A DNA stretch of 51,637 nucleotides, filler included, from Sphacelaria rigidula (Eukaryota): the NCBI GenBank assembly GCA_964200075.2. It is 4 parts of 4 records of this genome, joined end to end, with 100 filler letters (N's around TTAATTAATTAA, not from the genome) between each part and the next. Parts side by side here need not be neighbours in the genome. Positions count along the whole stretch, not along the records: positions 38,806 to 51,637 come from CAXNAA020003379.1; 3 more parts are not named here. One strand, written 5' to 3'. Below are positions 50,591 to 51,637 of the stretch, piece by piece. Numbering within the stretch: the stretch's first letter is position 1; each line of letters opens with the position of its first letter. The notes beneath the pieces were generated by a model. The model was given only the letters and a program-made list of their open reading frames with translations, ran no database searches and was not told the DNA's origin. The position numbers and the translations under genes were made by a program.

Positions 50591-51637
50591 GTACAGTACG
50601 TTATGGATAGCGAGTACGCGACAATGGGCCGCCGCACCCGGTGTTGTAGCTGTTGCATCTTGAGCTGCTCAGGGCAGAAGGTGGAGGGATCCAAACTTGA
50701 CTGAATTTTTTTTTGCGATAATACGCTGATTTCTGTCGGGAGAAACATGAGAGCGCGAGCAGCGAAGAAAATCGACGAAAGTCAATTCGGTGCGGAAGTG
50801 CTGATCCACCCCGCGATGCCAACATGCCAGGCAATAACGGAGCGGGGGAGAGATGGGTTGATGCCCTTCAGACTACGGATTCGTCCCCAGGATGGGCAGG
50901 AGTTCAAAGTATGACGAAATAAATAGAATAATGAGTGGGTGCACGCAAAAAGCTACGATGGTTTAGGTTCGGTTGCGGTTGGAGATGAAGTAGCCGACGA
51001 TGAATGAAAAACACACATACGTAATATACCACCCCCTACATGACATCCCTGGATGACGATTTTTCGTTTTTTTTGGCATCATGCAAGTGCATACAGCACT
51101 GTATACAAGGGTTCGTGGTGTATTACCCTTGCCCCTGAAAGCTAGATATCACCCCGGAGTGATGAGTTCTTTTTAGTCATGATTTTTCGGGTCTCAATGA
51201 CGTGTTTCACAAGGGTCGTACTCGCCGTCACGTATACAGTAGGGTCATCGCGGTGCCTTCAACACGGGTGTGTGCAGTACGAGGTAGGGTTGAACAAACA
51301 TGTCCGGCTGCCCCGAGGTTTCGCCAACGGCTGTTTTACTCGAGAACAGTCCGATAGCAGTTCATCATGAAGCATCACTTCTCACAGCATTGGTTAGTTA
51401 TCTTGTGCGTGGGTTCCAAACGTTTAGTTATTCGGAGGTTCATTAGACTTGGAAACGTGTGTTGTAGGTCTGAGTGATAATCGCTGTTTTTCCATTCGCG
51501 TTTCGAGCAAAGGGCCTTTTGTTTCTGTTTTTGTCGCGTTTGAGGATGACTTGCTGGCTTCTCCTTTTCGACCACACCTCCCTTCCCCCCACCCCCCTTC
51601 CCCCCCCCCCCTGGTCCCCGTCGCACCTCCTGGTTGT

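Overview
Eukaryotic nuclear DNA. The many short exons, 0.1-1.8 kb introns, roughly 50% GC and the TE types suggest a brown alga or related stramenopile (inference only). The window is a scaffold with three artificial 100-bp gap spacers (44 N, TTAATTAATTAA, 44 N). The first ~14 kb is transposon-rich: a decayed minus-strand Ty3/gypsy retrotransposon (gag-PR-RT-RH-truncated INT), LTR-like segments, and four back-to-back long hairpins (8041-9683). The remainder holds five spliced genes whose exons I reconstructed by hand with consistent phases: an ankyrin-repeat protein (+), CCDC124/Lso2 (-), a short hypothetical protein (+), Mn-dependent ADP-ribose/CDP-alcohol diphosphatase ADPRM (-), and 11 internal exons of cytoplasmic dynein 1 heavy chain (+). 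Introns carry a Tc1/mariner-type MITE, two short interspersed repeat families, a tRNA-derived segment and a miRNA-like hairpin. No protein-based novel system is evident. The best candidates for undescribed biology are non-coding: the four-hairpin array with arm-to-arm covariation, and the perfect 26-bp intronic foldback in dynein.
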